Below are positions 36,487 to 50,600 of a stretch of 64,000 nucleotides of DNA, piece by piece. Both the position numbers and the translations under genes were made by a program. Position 1 is the stretch's first letter, and every line of letters begins with the position of its first letter. A model generated the notes under the pieces. That model was not told the DNA's origin. It saw nothing but the letters and a program-made list of their open reading frames with translations, and did no database searches. The DNA is from Phoronis australis (lineage: Eukaryota; Animalia; Phoronida), in NCBI GenBank assembly GCA_002633005.1, contig NMRA01000310.1, positions 252,624 through 316,623 of the forward strand, given 5' to 3'.

Positions 36487-38576
36487 TTTGTTGGAGCACC
36501 TCAAACAAAATTGTAACTGACAACAAGGCTTTCATTTCTAGCTCCAAATTCCCACAGACATAACCAACGCTTTCAAACTATTTTGCTATCAGATCTCTTT
36601 AATAATATATCACAAAACAATAATTTTCCTTGTAAAAATCATAATTACTGCTTCTAATACTATATGGCACTTTAAAGGGTTGGCGGCTGAAGTTGCACTT
36701 CATTCACTCGCCAGGTATAAACCAGTTCAACTAGGTCAACTGACAAAGACATCTGATTGGTCTGTGAGCCAGAGGTCATTGTTAGAAACCAATCATCTGT
36801 CCTGGGAAGTTGACCCAGCCTAAGACAAAACAAGCCCAGTGCAGCCACTGAGTTGACAACAAAAAATCACAGCACTTACAAGAACAATCTGACAAGTATT
36901 TGTCCATTACTTCATTGTACACTAAGTGGGATAACACTTGGTGAGATTTGGGATAATTTCACTATAATTAATGGTGCAACATGAAATTTTCACTGTCCTG
37001 TTAACATCTTTTCAGGACAATCCGGCCGTTACAGACACCATTATCCGTAGAATGAGATAACAGTTTTCATCTCAAATTGGCCTCCTAGAAACACAGGCAT
37101 ATGAAAACTAAAAACACAGGCAAATGAAAACTAAAAACACAAGCATTAAACTAAAAATTAGTAAGGAAATGGTAGAGAATATTCAGTGAATTGCAAAATG
37201 GGTCTAGTAAAAACTTTAAGTTCCTTTAATGAACTTGGAAGGTTTCCCAGTGGACCCAACCCTGCTGGTCCCAAAAACCATTCAAAATAAATCATCACCT
37301 TTTTATCACTTTCTTTAACACAGAACAGTGATGTCAGCTGTTTAAATGCAGTTTGTTAAGTACTTGTCCGGTAGTCCACCAGGTGGAGCTAATGCAATGA
37401 ACAAAAAGAAACAGTAAAAATAGAAAACGAATTGAGCAATTATCGGTAGAAACACAGTCCTAGATGTGTTTTAAATAAAGTATTGAAAACCTAGGTACAA
37501 GATTGCAAGGTATTCAGATCACAGGAATTTTGTACCAAAAATCTTTCAGCATAAAAATCGCCTCTTGTTTTAATGGTGTACAAAGTGAAATACCATTTCT
37601 CAAGTTAGCAGTGAATAATAAGACAACTGAGAGAGCAGATAGACATACAGATGTTAGTAGTGCATTCCGTACAGTACGCGTCTCACGAAAAAAGTGAAAT
37701 CACGAAAAAAGTGAAATCACGCAAAATCGTGCTTTAAGTGAAACACACAGACCAGAAAAATGGTCGCCACAGAGGTGATTGGTTGGTGAGACTGGAATGT
37801 TGAATTATGGGAAAAAATTTACTCCATAGATGGAGCTCTCTCATCACGAGTATCTTGAAAGTGTCTTTGCATTAACAGAACGCGCTCCATGTGTTTAAGA
37901 AGCAATTTCAACACATATACAATGTCATACCTTTGGTACAAAGAAGTATTAACATGCAGCTTTGAATCGTTCTGGGTAAATTCTGAGAGAGAAAAAAAAT
38001 TGAAGATAAAAAATTCAATGCTAAAAGCTAAAATTATCCTCAACAAAACTAGTTAATGGTGTTACAACAATACTGTTCCGCTGGTCTGCAGCTAAATTTG
38101 CGAAGCAATTAATATATACATCAGCTTTAACTGCCATGAAATAGAGCTACTTTTAAATTCGTAATTTGCCAAATCTTCAATACGCTGGTCTCACAAGATA
38201 ATGTTCCGTTTACAACAAACAAACAGAGCTGGTTTCATTTTTGTCCAGTTTTGAATAATTAATAACCACTTGATGACATTCTCTGAGCAAAATGTCAGAG
38301 TAACAATGCCTTTAGGCTGTCATGTGTTCCACATTTTAGTTTTCGTTTCATGGTGAGACGATCTCAACAAGAATTTTGGCGAATTAAAAGTGTGCTTGCT
38401 CCTAGAGCGATTCCTAATTGTATTATAGCATTTAGTCAATATAAAGACTGTCAGCTTTTAGCTTAACAATATCAACACTATATAGAAACAGAAATTTATC
38501 TAAGCCAACTGCCGCTTCGTCACTATGACTACGGTCATTGTTCTCTCTAAAAGTATATGTCACCGCATGCCTTGAC

Positions 38577-38693
38577 CTATTTACGCTTGCCACGTAGTAC
38601 CCTCTCCACAGCCATCAATGGCGATTCAAACATGAGAGAGAAGACGAATGCGGATGCATAGGCAGCCACCATGTTGGCCAAGAAATAGTAAAT
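38577..38693 (-). CDS. NRF6-like exon 15 (IYYFLANM...FESPLMAVERVLRGKRK*)
   Basis: tttcag acceptor, TAG at 38579-38577. Confidence 0.9.
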   Translation of the reverse strand: MYYFLANMVAAYASAFVFSLMFESPLMAVERVLRGKRK

Positions 38694-41600
38694 CTGAAAT
38701 GTCAATCGTAAAATATTAGACAAGCCCTAACACCAATTAGAAATTAATCTGCACTGAACTACTTTTACTGATGAAGGACTGATGATTTTGAGATGCATGG
38801 TTTGTATTTTTATTTGGTAGAACCTTTTTTCGAAAATGTCCGTACATTCAATATTGCCCACTTTGATTACATTTTGAGACATAATAAAAATCATGAACAC
38901 ATGATCGCAAAATAGATTTGCATCAAAGTTATCTTAGCTTGTGCTTCTGCAGCAAAGTAATCTTGGCCAGAATTGGAACTTTCTGTGTAACCAGTAATGT
39001 GCAAATTGATGTCTAGATTTAACACAAGATTGTATTCAAGAGGTCGGGTGAGTAGACCAAAACTTATAAGCTTAAACATTATTAAGCTTATAAGTTTGGG
39101 TTAATCCCAGTTAAACATATCAGGCATTTAGTGACTAACATCTAAATGCCTGATATGTTTAACTGAGATTAACCCAAACTTATAAGCTTAATAATAGTTT
39201 TTTCTGTACTACACATTTGCATATTTAGTAGGAGTTTAAAATTTTAATGAGATGTTAAAAACATGTATGCCAAGCAAGTAAAAGATAAAATCCTTTCCCG
39301 CTATAAATCTATGACTGAACTAATCCTTCAAACAATGGTGTCCCAGTAAATGGAGGTAAGATCCAACACAAAGGCTGGCAGAAACTCACCATGTTGTTGT
39401 CTGTATTCATGATGAGAGTCTCTTGAGATTGGTAGTACCAGAACATGATGGCGGGGTGACACAGATAGGCGCAGTAGGTCAGACGACTGAGAGGTATGAG
39501 AACTGGCCAGGACAGAAGAGTGTTGATAAACCCTGCAACAGAGGTCACAGTATCACGGTATCAATGGCGGTAATACTGAATCTGAGAATGGATTCCTGTT
39601 TAATGGCAAGTCACAATTTGTCACATCTCAAATTTGTCAAAATGCCACAGGGAATTCTCAATTATTACAGCCTTTTGGGGCTTTTCGCATGCATAAGTCA
39701 CATGAACTTTGATTTTGTCACATGTGTGGAGATACAATGATCCACGATGAATAACATATGTTTACAATTAAATTTGAGAAAAAAGGAAGTAACAAAATGC
39801 AGCGAAAAATAACTGTAAATCCAACAGTAACAGTTAGGGAGTGGGATCTCGCAAATTTCAGACAAAAATGACTGCCAACATTGCTCCCTTTTCAGAACTT
39901 GAATATTTTCTATCAGCAAACACAAAATTAACGAAGAAAAAACAATATTCATTGTTCAAACGATTCAACGTGAAAGTTATCAAAAAGACATTATCGGTGA
40001 GAATGTTGCATGCGTATTTGAGATCAAGACCCAGGACGGATATGAACCCACAAACTCAACAGTTGCAGTGCCAGGACAACCCTATGAAATGGAGTATTTT
40101 AACCATGGATCACCTCACTGACCTAGATTTCGGTTAATTTTACCAATTCCAAAAGACTGGAAACAACGTCACAAATCAGGAATTTCTAACAAAACAACAA
40201 AAACAACGGATTGCGCTACTTTGTAGCTTTGGTCACAGTCAATAACTTCACAAAAATCATCCAACTCAACAATTATGAAAAATGCACTTGGTCCTAAAAC
40301 CCACGAAGTTCCTTCAACATTACATGTTATTCCTTGACATGAGCGCGATTTCTTACTTGAAGTGTTCGAAACATTTAGATATTGTGTCCAGAACATTTGG
40401 AGTCATATTCAAACTATAATACACAGATGAGGTGAGCTAGACACTATTTAAGTGTATAGATGTTGGTCAAGAAAGACGTAACGTTGATTGAAAGACAACT
40501 ACTCACAGCACCACCTATTGCAGTATAAAAGTAACAATTTTTGGCATTAGTTTAAGCCAATTGCAGACAAAGACAGAGTCAAAAAGATTTAACCCAAAAG
40601 CTGACATTTGACCTTCACCGCAGAGCAGGTGAAGTATTTAAAATTTCTGGTCTTTAATTGCCTTAGTAAAACTCAAAAGGAGTTTTAAAAATAAACCATT
40701 AAAGACAGTGGGAAATAATTTTGTCTTTTAAGTTTTGTACGCACGAACTCGCAAAGTCTGTGGGAAAGTAAAACCATAAAGAAAAATTGTACAAGGGAAG
40801 AGTTTAAATTACTTCCATCAAGAAAAAATAGAGCAACATACCTCCATAGCCACTGCAGCAAGCGAAAATCACCCAGCCAACACCTAATGACCAAGCAAAC
40901 CTGAAGGTGGCGTTGTAGAAGGCAGCCACGCTGTTGTCTAGAGGGTGGTTCTGCCAGACATCATAAAGTCCGTAGAGTACAGAGAGACAGAGGAAGGCTG
41001 CTACTGCCCAACACAGGAGTACAACGGCCTGCATGAAATGAAAATGCACTGATAGAAAACAGTTCAATAACGCTAGGACCTCACTAAGACCTCACTAGGA
41101 CCTCACTAGGATCTCACTAGAAAAGCAAGACTTTGCAAGAGTATGCAAGATATTGTCATATACTTTAAATGAGAACACAATGCTAACAGCAAAAAATTTT
41201 CTTTGGTCTCAAACATCATGTTTCCACTAAACCAATCCAGGCAACTATCACACAGTATGTTAATTAATCTTGACAATTTGCAAGCAATACTATGAGATGC
41301 CCAAAGGATATTAACCAATCATTCTATAGTTTTATGTTTTAACAATACATGCCACTCTCGACAGGCACACATCACTTTGGTTACACCAAATTCTCATTTT
41401 GAGTAAACCATTTGCATCACTTAAAAACTGTAATGTTAAGTCATAAGAATGGTTTAGGAATAACCCTGTCACATGGCTTGGCTTAGGAATAACACTAAGG
41501 TTACTTGGCATGGTTTAAGAATTCCGTTAAGGTTACAAGGTATGGTTTAGGAATAACACAGAGGTTACATGGTATGTAACACTTAAGTCACATAGTATGA

Positions 41601-44600
41601 TTTAGGAATGACACTAAGGTTAAAAGGTATGGTTTAGGAATAATACTGAGGTTACATGGTATGTAACATTTAAGTCACATAGTATGATTTAGGAATGACA
41701 CAAAAGGTTACCAGGCATGGTTTAAGAATTCCATTAAGGTTACAAGGTATGGTTTAGGAATAATACTGAGGTTACATGGTATGTAACACTTAAGTCACAT
41801 AGTATGATTTAGGAATGACACAAAAGGTTACCAGGCATGGTTTAAGAATTCCATTAAGGTTACAAAGGATGGTTTAGGAATAATACTGAGGTTACATGAC
41901 AAGGTTCAGGGAGATCACTAAGGTTGCATGGTAAGGTTCAGTGATAACACTAAGGTTACATGGCATGATTTACTAATAACTCTGTCGTTAAAAGGAAAAA
42001 CATAGTAAATGGTGCTGGTTGGTAGTTTAAAGATAGAAAGTGCCTGACCTTGTTCATGATCACTTTACACTGGGTCTTGAAGAGCAAGTATCCAAACAGC
42101 ATACCGACCAGGTAGGCTGAGATACGGGTGTACGGCCGAACGTAGAGGTCATCCCAGCCATCAGGTCTACACGCATACAAGAAACAGAAATGAAGGAAAA
42201 TGCCATGTATAAGATTTCCACAGTGAGTCGCCAATTAGAGGAATAAAGAGTTGAATAATAATAGTGACTTAAGGGGCCCAGCACTTTGAGAACCAGCTTT
42301 CTGCACTGGATTAAATAGGCATCAAACTGACTCTCAAAATAAGAGACTTTTGTAAGTGACTATTGCCAAATGAAGAGCTGAAAAACGACAGAGAAAATGT
42401 CTGGACAAGGGATTGACTAAGTCTACTACCCGACTCACTAACATTTGAAAGACGGAGCAGCGATAATTTTTCAGCCGAAAAGATGATAGTCAGTCCTCCA
42501 ATGTCTGTTTCAATATCGATAGCAAAAGAAAAAACGAAGTACCGTAACCAATACCGTAAAGCATGTACTTACCCTTCGTTCGGATCTAAGTTAAGTAATG
42601 TGAGAGATCCAGGAGCAAGATGATTCAGGGAAGATATGACGCCAGCAGTGATCATGCTGCCAGTAGACAGTACAAGGAGTATGAACAATCCCACCAGTTT
42701 AAACCTGTCAAAACAACAAGTTGCAACATTAGTAGTGGCCATACCAGCTCTGAACTGAGTGCATGGTCATTATGAACAGCTCAAAAAATTGAACCTCTCA
42801 AAACAGGAAGTTGGCAATGTCAGCAATGGCTGTGAACACATAGCATGGAAATTAGGAGAATCATAATACACTCCAAGCTGTGAATTCAAGCATGACATTA
42901 ACATCAGTCATGATCAGACAGGTTGCGTCAACAGCATGATGTCCAACAATCCAAGACCTCTGTACATCTACAAACAACACTTAAGTACAAAACATCAGCA
43001 GTGACCCCTGATGACTGAGGATTGAGTTATTATGTAAATGATCGCGCTTACCACCTGATCACAGAGTCTGTTAATAAACTCACAAGTATGAACGATCTCA
43101 GAAGCTTAAATCTATCAAATTAATAGACCATAAGCACAAATCCGGCCGCAGCCATTCAGCAAACCGTGTAAGCAATTGTCAATACAACACCGGGTAACAG
43201 TAAGAAAAATACAACAAATAATACAACAAGTCTGAATATGTAAGTCCCAGAGGGGATGTCTAAACATCAGCAGATATACAAAGTCAGGCTAATGATTTGA
43301 AAAAATACAACCAGCTTGAACAAGAAAACGTCCCTCCACCAGAATTCCACAAACTTTAATTCATGCAATTAATGACAATGCTATTTTAACATTTTAAATT
43401 AATCAATGCTAAACAAAGTACAGTGGTATTCCTTGACAAATTGTAAATGTAAAAACAAAAAAATTCTGCAAATAGCTGAGCTTTGCAATAATGACGTACC
43501 TTGGGGGCTCATATAGCCATCATCATGCAGTGTTATTCCCCAGCATCACATCACAATATTTACTGGGCAAAGTTCAAAGATTTGTGTTGGATCATCTTCA
43601 ACACAAAACTCGTTCTTAAAAAAACATTTGGCAATTTTCCACCTACTTCATATCCAAATTGTCACTATATGTTGTGTTTCTAACTAATTTGGTCAAGCAA
43701 TGACAGAGATAAGGAGTTAGTGTGCAAGTTCCACAGGAGTACTCACCTATACAAAGGATAGATGATCAGCGGTGATATGACGTAGAACTGCATGTCGTTG
43801 GCTAAGTACCATGACCAGGCCATACACTGAAATAGCGAAATTAAACATTGTCTTAACAGCTGTGACAGCAAGAACGCATCTTTCTCTTGACCCAATTTCT
43901 AATAGGGGTGTGCAAGACAGGAGAGCTGACAGGGACAAAACTTGCTATCAATTCCAAAACAATTCTATAGCAAACGTCTGGTCAGCATGCCACCTGCTGA
44001 CCAGACTTAAAATCGTTACTTTGCAATATATTTCCACACCGGTTTAAGAATTACATATTCATGTAAAACAACTCTTAATTTATTTGTTTTTGTTCAGGAA
44101 ACAACTCTGGAGCTTTTAAAAAAGAGACAACAATTTGAGGAAGGCAAATCAGCACACTTCCCTGTAACGAAGACTTACAGTAGGAGCCGTAAGCATTCAG
44201 ACAAAATGACCCAGAATTCCCTGTCATGACCACTGGGCAGAGGCTGCATTCACGGTCAGAATAGTTTTTCCTCATTGAGAATAAAAGGGAACAGGACAGT
44301 TAGTAAAGTGGCTAAGCCATTTTGTAACTAGAAGTTCAACACATTGGTGGTCATTACCAGCCATGCGTTTGTTAAGAGAAATGACCATTGCAACCGGGAA
44401 ATGGTATTTTATTTGATTACAATTTTGTCTAATTAGTGTACTTTTAACTGAGACACGTGGCCACACCTGCGACTTAGAATGGACAAAGTTGTTGATGTAG
44501 AGGGCATTAGTCCACCACCAGGAGGCGCAGTTCGGGTCACTCTTTTCATTCCACATTGGACCACTGCCGGCATACGGCATAAGACAGACATAGACCATCA

Positions 44601-47600
44601 TGACTAGCAAGTAAGCTGGAGTGAGTCTGAAAAAAACCAAGTGGAAGAACTGCTGTTAAATGCTGTCAACCAGAACAGAAAAAAGACGACATACTTAACA
44701 GGGTACTGAAGTAACCATGTGAATGCCCTGGTTGATCAAAACCTTAAACTGTGTACAAATTAAGAATTAAATAAACCATAAACATACAGCAAAGCAATGT
44801 AGAATGTAAGATGGACGGATGCACAAGAACCGACGATTTCAAAGCAGTATGACAATTAAGCAGTTTAAAAGTTAACATAATTTTAGTAAAAGCAAATTTT
44901 TGCAATTTGTTAATTTTTCTAAGAAATCACGTATTTATCAATGAAATCTTTCAGTTTACTTGCTACCGGAAGACACTGTTATGTGACTACACTAATCCAA
45001 GCTCTGCAGCGTGGTCACACCATTGTCTGTTCAAAGATCAATGGTTTGACTACAGCAGATGATTACGGGCGAACTCTTGGATCTGTAGCAACTGCAGTTC
45101 GTGAAGTGAAGATGGCCAGTATTCATACAGAGTCGGCTATAAGCTAGAAATCAATTTTCTTACAGTAATATTTTATTAATTTTTTATGGAAATAATTGCA
45201 AAAATGGGTCACTTGCTCACTTTTCAAGAGTTTCTGGCCATAGAAAGACGTTCAAAACTCTTTCAATTACTGACCTGCAGCGTATCAATATGATGCTACT
45301 TATCTTTCATGCCAAAATATAACAATAAACTTTACTTGTCCTTTATTAATTTCAAGGCCTCACTCGGTGACATTTTGCCAGTCTCTAAGACAACAGACAC
45401 ACTACCACAACTTTAGTGCGAGTCAGACCTTTGCAATAAAGGACTGACCTTTAAATACCTAAACTAGACAAAATTAGATGAGAATCCTTTGACAAAGATT
45501 TTCTAGAAAATTTCAAACAGTCACACTTCTTACCGCCAGTAGCGATGCGCGTAGAACATCAACCAGTTTAGTTTTCCTCCATTCTCCTTCAGTTCTTTCA
45601 GTGTGAGGTAAGTAACCAACAAACCACTGTAAAGGCAACAAAGTCTAAAAATGGTGTGACACTTTCTTCATAGAGTTTAATCTGCTGTCCAGACTTGTAA
45701 CTGACTATGATTGTAACGAACTGTGACTGTAACAAGCTGAGGCAGTAACTGGCTGTGAATATAAAGGGTGGTGATTGTAATGGGCTGAGATTGTAATGGG
45801 CTGTGACTGTAACAGATTGTGATTGCAGTGGACTCTGTAATTTAAACTCGCTTCAATCTCGTGTCAAACATCCATGTGTCATTTATTCATAATCACGTTG
45901 TTTCCGTCCATTATGGTACAAGGTGCATCAACTTCCACATGACTGAACACAAATGTCGTCTCTAGAAAACTGAGAATAACACATATTCAATGTTCAACAT
46001 TTAGATGAGCAATGATACTATCACCATCACCATCAAGGAAATGAAAACCCCACAGTAGGGCCAGAACTAATTAAGAGCAACTGAAAACAGTCTTGACACC
46101 AGAAGTGGCAGTAAATACACAAAAGAATGAAACCAAGAGAGCCCAGGTTGCCATTCAGTGACACCTAACATTCAGTTTAACAATGGTAATGACTAACTTT
46201 GATGGACAATCTAAACTTATTCACATTGCTATGAAGAACGGCAGAATTAGTTACCATAGACTGACTACAGAGGATACTGCTGTCGCTTGCACAATACCCC
46301 TTTGCTCTTTGAACCAATTATCAGTAATAGTGTGGTCAGTTTTATGTTGGCATGACAACTAGGAGATTAGGTCAAAGAAGGCAGTCATAAAAGTTTGGGT
46401 GTTGTGATTTGGTGTCTAATGTAATCACAACCAACAAAGTAATCATACTAGTGAGTTGGGAAACGAGATGTAGAGCCATCTGTCCACCAATTAATGGCTG
46501 GGTGTGATCTTCTTGACAGATATCTAACGTATAGTCTGCCAAATTTTACAAAGATCCAGTAACAAAAAGGAACTTCAGTTGGCAAATGTATTCAGCATAC
46601 CCAAAACAAATGAAAATTGGCATTTCAGGAACACAGAAAAGAGTGGATATATCCGAAGATCAAGGTTAGTCAAGCTAATCCTAATAAGTAGGATCATGAC
46701 AATGCAACTGTTTATGGTGAACAGGAGATGATGAAGCAGACGTCTGGATGACCATCTGCAGTTGATGACAATATGAAGGCCCGAATACCATTACGAATAT
46801 GATGACTCATAAAATTTATTGCCAAGGATAACTTACCTGAGTACAAAGAACGAGTCGACACTGACTGTAGCATTGGCTATTGCCTGAAATGTCCATCTCT
46901 TCAGGTAGATTGGTGCATCTCCAAGGTCACCTAGGGGTCAATATGACTTTACAAACATAGCAAGACACTGCAGTTTTAAACAGGCGAGAACAAATGAAGT
47001 TATCCATTGATTCAGAGAACGTATCTGCAGAACTTAATAATATCTTTAACACGTATTGGTGTGTATTAAGTGTTTTATAAATAGGTGAAAGCTGGGCACA
47101 CCCGGAGTAGAGACTTATGGGGTATCCAGCCTCCCTGTCACCTAGTGACTGTGTATTTTAGGCCTTTAATCAGCTTTATAATGGAAAACTACATGTTGAA
47201 GCAGCACTCACCTGCATTGAACAAGGCGAAGGTAATGGAGTGACCCAGAATGACCCAGGACATGCTGAGAAACCTCACACCATGGACACTGCGTAGACTG
47301 GAGCCTGACTGTCTGGTACTCAGTAACTTATGGCCATTGGTGTAGACAGAGAAGGCAAGCAGCAGTTTATTGGCTATACCTGAAGGTGGCAGAACATAAG
47401 TAAATAGGTGGCACTAGCGAACTGTAGAGTATTGTGATTTTTATTTGATTCTGGCCATTGGTATGCACAGAGAAGGCAAGCAGTACTTTACTGGCTATGC
47501 CTGAAGGGGGCAGCACATTAAGTAAATAAGTGGCACTAGCAAACTGTAGAGTATTGTTATTTTGATTTGATTCTAGTCATTGGTGTAGACCGAGAAAGCA

Positions 47601-50600
47601 AGCAACAGTTTACTGGCTTTACCTGAAGGTGGCAGAACATGAGTAAATAGGTGGCACTAGTGAGCTGTAGAATATTGTGATTTTGATTTGATTCTGGCCA
47701 TTGGTGTAGACAGAGAAAGCAAGCAACATTTTACTGACTATACCTGAAGGTGGCAGGCATGAGTAAATAGGTGGTGCTAGGGAGTTGTAGAGTGATTTTG
47801 ATTTGATTCTGGCCATTGGTGTTGACAGAGAAGGCAAGCAGCAGTTTACTGGCTATACCTGAAGGTGGCAGGACATGAGTAAATAAGTGGCACTTGTGAG
47901 CTGCAGAGTATTGTAATTTTGATTTGATTCAATGTGATAATACGATATCATGCACGTACAATACGACAGTATCACAGTAGAGATATAGAATACAAATTAA
48001 AATGAATAAAAGAAAAAGAACACGCAATTTAAAAATTTATATGTAATTTTTTGGACACTTTGGCCAAAAATTACTCGTAAGATAATTGGGTACCATTTCG
48101 AGGAAAAAAGTAATCGTCAAAGTACCCGAATACCCTATACCAGAAACTATCGTCATAATAGCTCATATATCATCTTAACAGTGACTGTCAATCACAAATC
48201 CTCGTTTTTGCCACGTTTGACAAATTGATTGTCAGTTTTTGTTTGAGAAAGCCTTGTAAGTATTTCTTTGTCATTATATTAATATTCTAGCAATAAATGG
48301 CTAATCAGCACACATGAGATGGACTAAGAAATCGAAATATTAGTGTCGCTGACAGTGTCCAGACAATGACCTTGTATATTTTGATTCTGAGTTTATGGCT
48401 GAATATCCTCGCATTTTGTCTTATCATTGTGTTGCACAGATATATGGCGTCATGGACTGGAGGTTGCCACACGCATTCCATATTGAAACTATGTCTCTAT
48501 TTTCCAAGGGAAAACTCACAATAGAGGGCACAACTGGTGCATTCCAGGATTGGCATTAAAAGTACATAAAAAAGCGTGTTGATGAAGGTGAGCAGACAAT
48601 TCCAGCCATGAGTTTACAAGAGGTCATTTCTGTTTCTGGTTCTCTGAGTCTGTGATCGATCGGATTACAAGAGGTCATTTATGTGTTTCTGGTTCTCTGA
48701 GTCTGATCCATCCGATTACAAGAGGTCATTTATGTGTTTCTGGTTCTCTGCGTCTGTGATCCATCGGATTACAAGAGGACATTTATGTGTTTCTGGTTCT
48801 CTGAGTCTGTGATCCATTGAATTACAAGAGGTCATTTCAGTGTTTCTGGTTCTCTGAGTTTTTGATTCCAGCGTTCACCGCTTTCTATAAAGCAGCTTTT
48901 GATTGGATTCCACCAATAAAGATGAAATAAGCATCCAGGAGTTTCTCAAAATTATCACTCCCACAATTTCACAGGCAGGAGATAACATACAACTAATACA
49001 ACAGGTAATGCAAACAACTGTAAAGAATAGCAATATGTTACTGTGAAGTAAACTTTCAGTTTCCGGAAACCTTGATACTCAATTCTTTCAATTTTTTATT
49101 AAAAACGGTATTTAGTTAATACCTAATAAATAATTTTAGAGTCTATCATTCAACTGAACATAGAAAATTCAAGGCGCTCTTCTTTAACTTATTTCCATGG
49201 AGGTCAATACACAATATAACGTAAAATATATCATTCAAGATGGTGGAAGGAGAGTTAGAATTTTTCTTGAAATAAAAATATTCTGAATAACACTAACATA
49301 TGGTGTGAAAGGAATAACGATTAACGAGTAAAATCTAAAGGAGTGCTCCCAAGAATATTAAATAGAGGAAGCTCAAGTTGTTATTGTATAAAAGCATTGA
49401 AATGTGTAAGATCTAAGGTGGCCAGACAGGGAACTGCATCAACAGACCAACTTCATTATTTTTGGATCCACTGCAGCATCAGGGATGACAAAGAATGAAA
49501 GCAGAATTCACCAGCAAATAATTGCCAGTCAATGTTCTTCCAACAAGAATTTATACCTGGAGTTGAACTATGTTTAGAAACATTTCGTCACGTTTCAAGA
49601 GTGTAAACTTTATCAGAATTGAGAAAGGTGAATGATTAAAACAATTTAAACCATGTCTTGGTAGATCTTTCAATCTTAAGTGCTGGACAATTTGTAGAGA
49701 TAGGTACGAACACAGCAAGCTTTAATCAATTTATGGCCAATAACTAACCCAAGCTGTCTCGGATCCCACCACCACCAGGTGTCACCACTGTGGTGTCACC
49801 CACCAGAGGAGTGTATTCGTCCACAGTCAGGTAGTCTCGTGAAGCTCCCAACAGTGATTTGCCGTCGTTAACGACTCTTCCGTTCTCCTCACCTGGAGAC
49901 TGTGACATCATCTCCAGATACACGTCATATAAAGTGGCCAATAGAATGACGCCGCCAAATATGGCCAAGATGGTGCTGCAATGAACAGGAGTTTTTATAT
50001 AGTACAGATCCCGCTTAGTGTTGTAAAATTCACACAGATTGTATCCAATCAAAATGAATTTTCATGTCCTGGGCAAATTTGCAACTCACCAAGAGCAGGG
50101 CTTGCAATGACCAATGTGAAAAAAGAGGAAATTTTTACAGGTGATGTATCGTTCCACAAATCAATAGGCTTGTGTGATATAAATATTTTTGTGTAGTAAA
50201 TAGTATCTGAAATAAATGTTTTTGCATCAATAAAGTCAAAATAATGATAAAAAGTAAGAGGATAGCGAAACCAAAAAAGAGGAAATCCTCTTAAAAGAGG
50301 AAAAGTCCAAGACCTGCAGGTGCAAGCAGCATATACTCTTAACTGTCAGATTGTAATCATGATAGAATAGTTTACATTTGACATGTAGCAGTCCAAAACA
50401 CTACTATACACTAGTAATAAGCCAAGAGTCGCTTGGAAGAAGCCCCTCTTGTACACAGCTTGCCTGGAGATGTGAAATGACCAGTGTCGAAAAACAGCCG
50501 TGATTTTAAGTTTCATTTTTATGTCTCTTGGTGATCTACTCTATCGTTGTTCTTTGGAAGATCAACAAATACACCGCAAGTTTGAAAGAATGCCAATTAC

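Noticed and set aside
47331-48860. Tandem arrays (also 23303-23400 and 59282-59365) as CRISPR-like loci
   Set aside because: Units repeat in full with no unique spacers, the context is eukaryotic and mostly intronic, and no cas genes are present.
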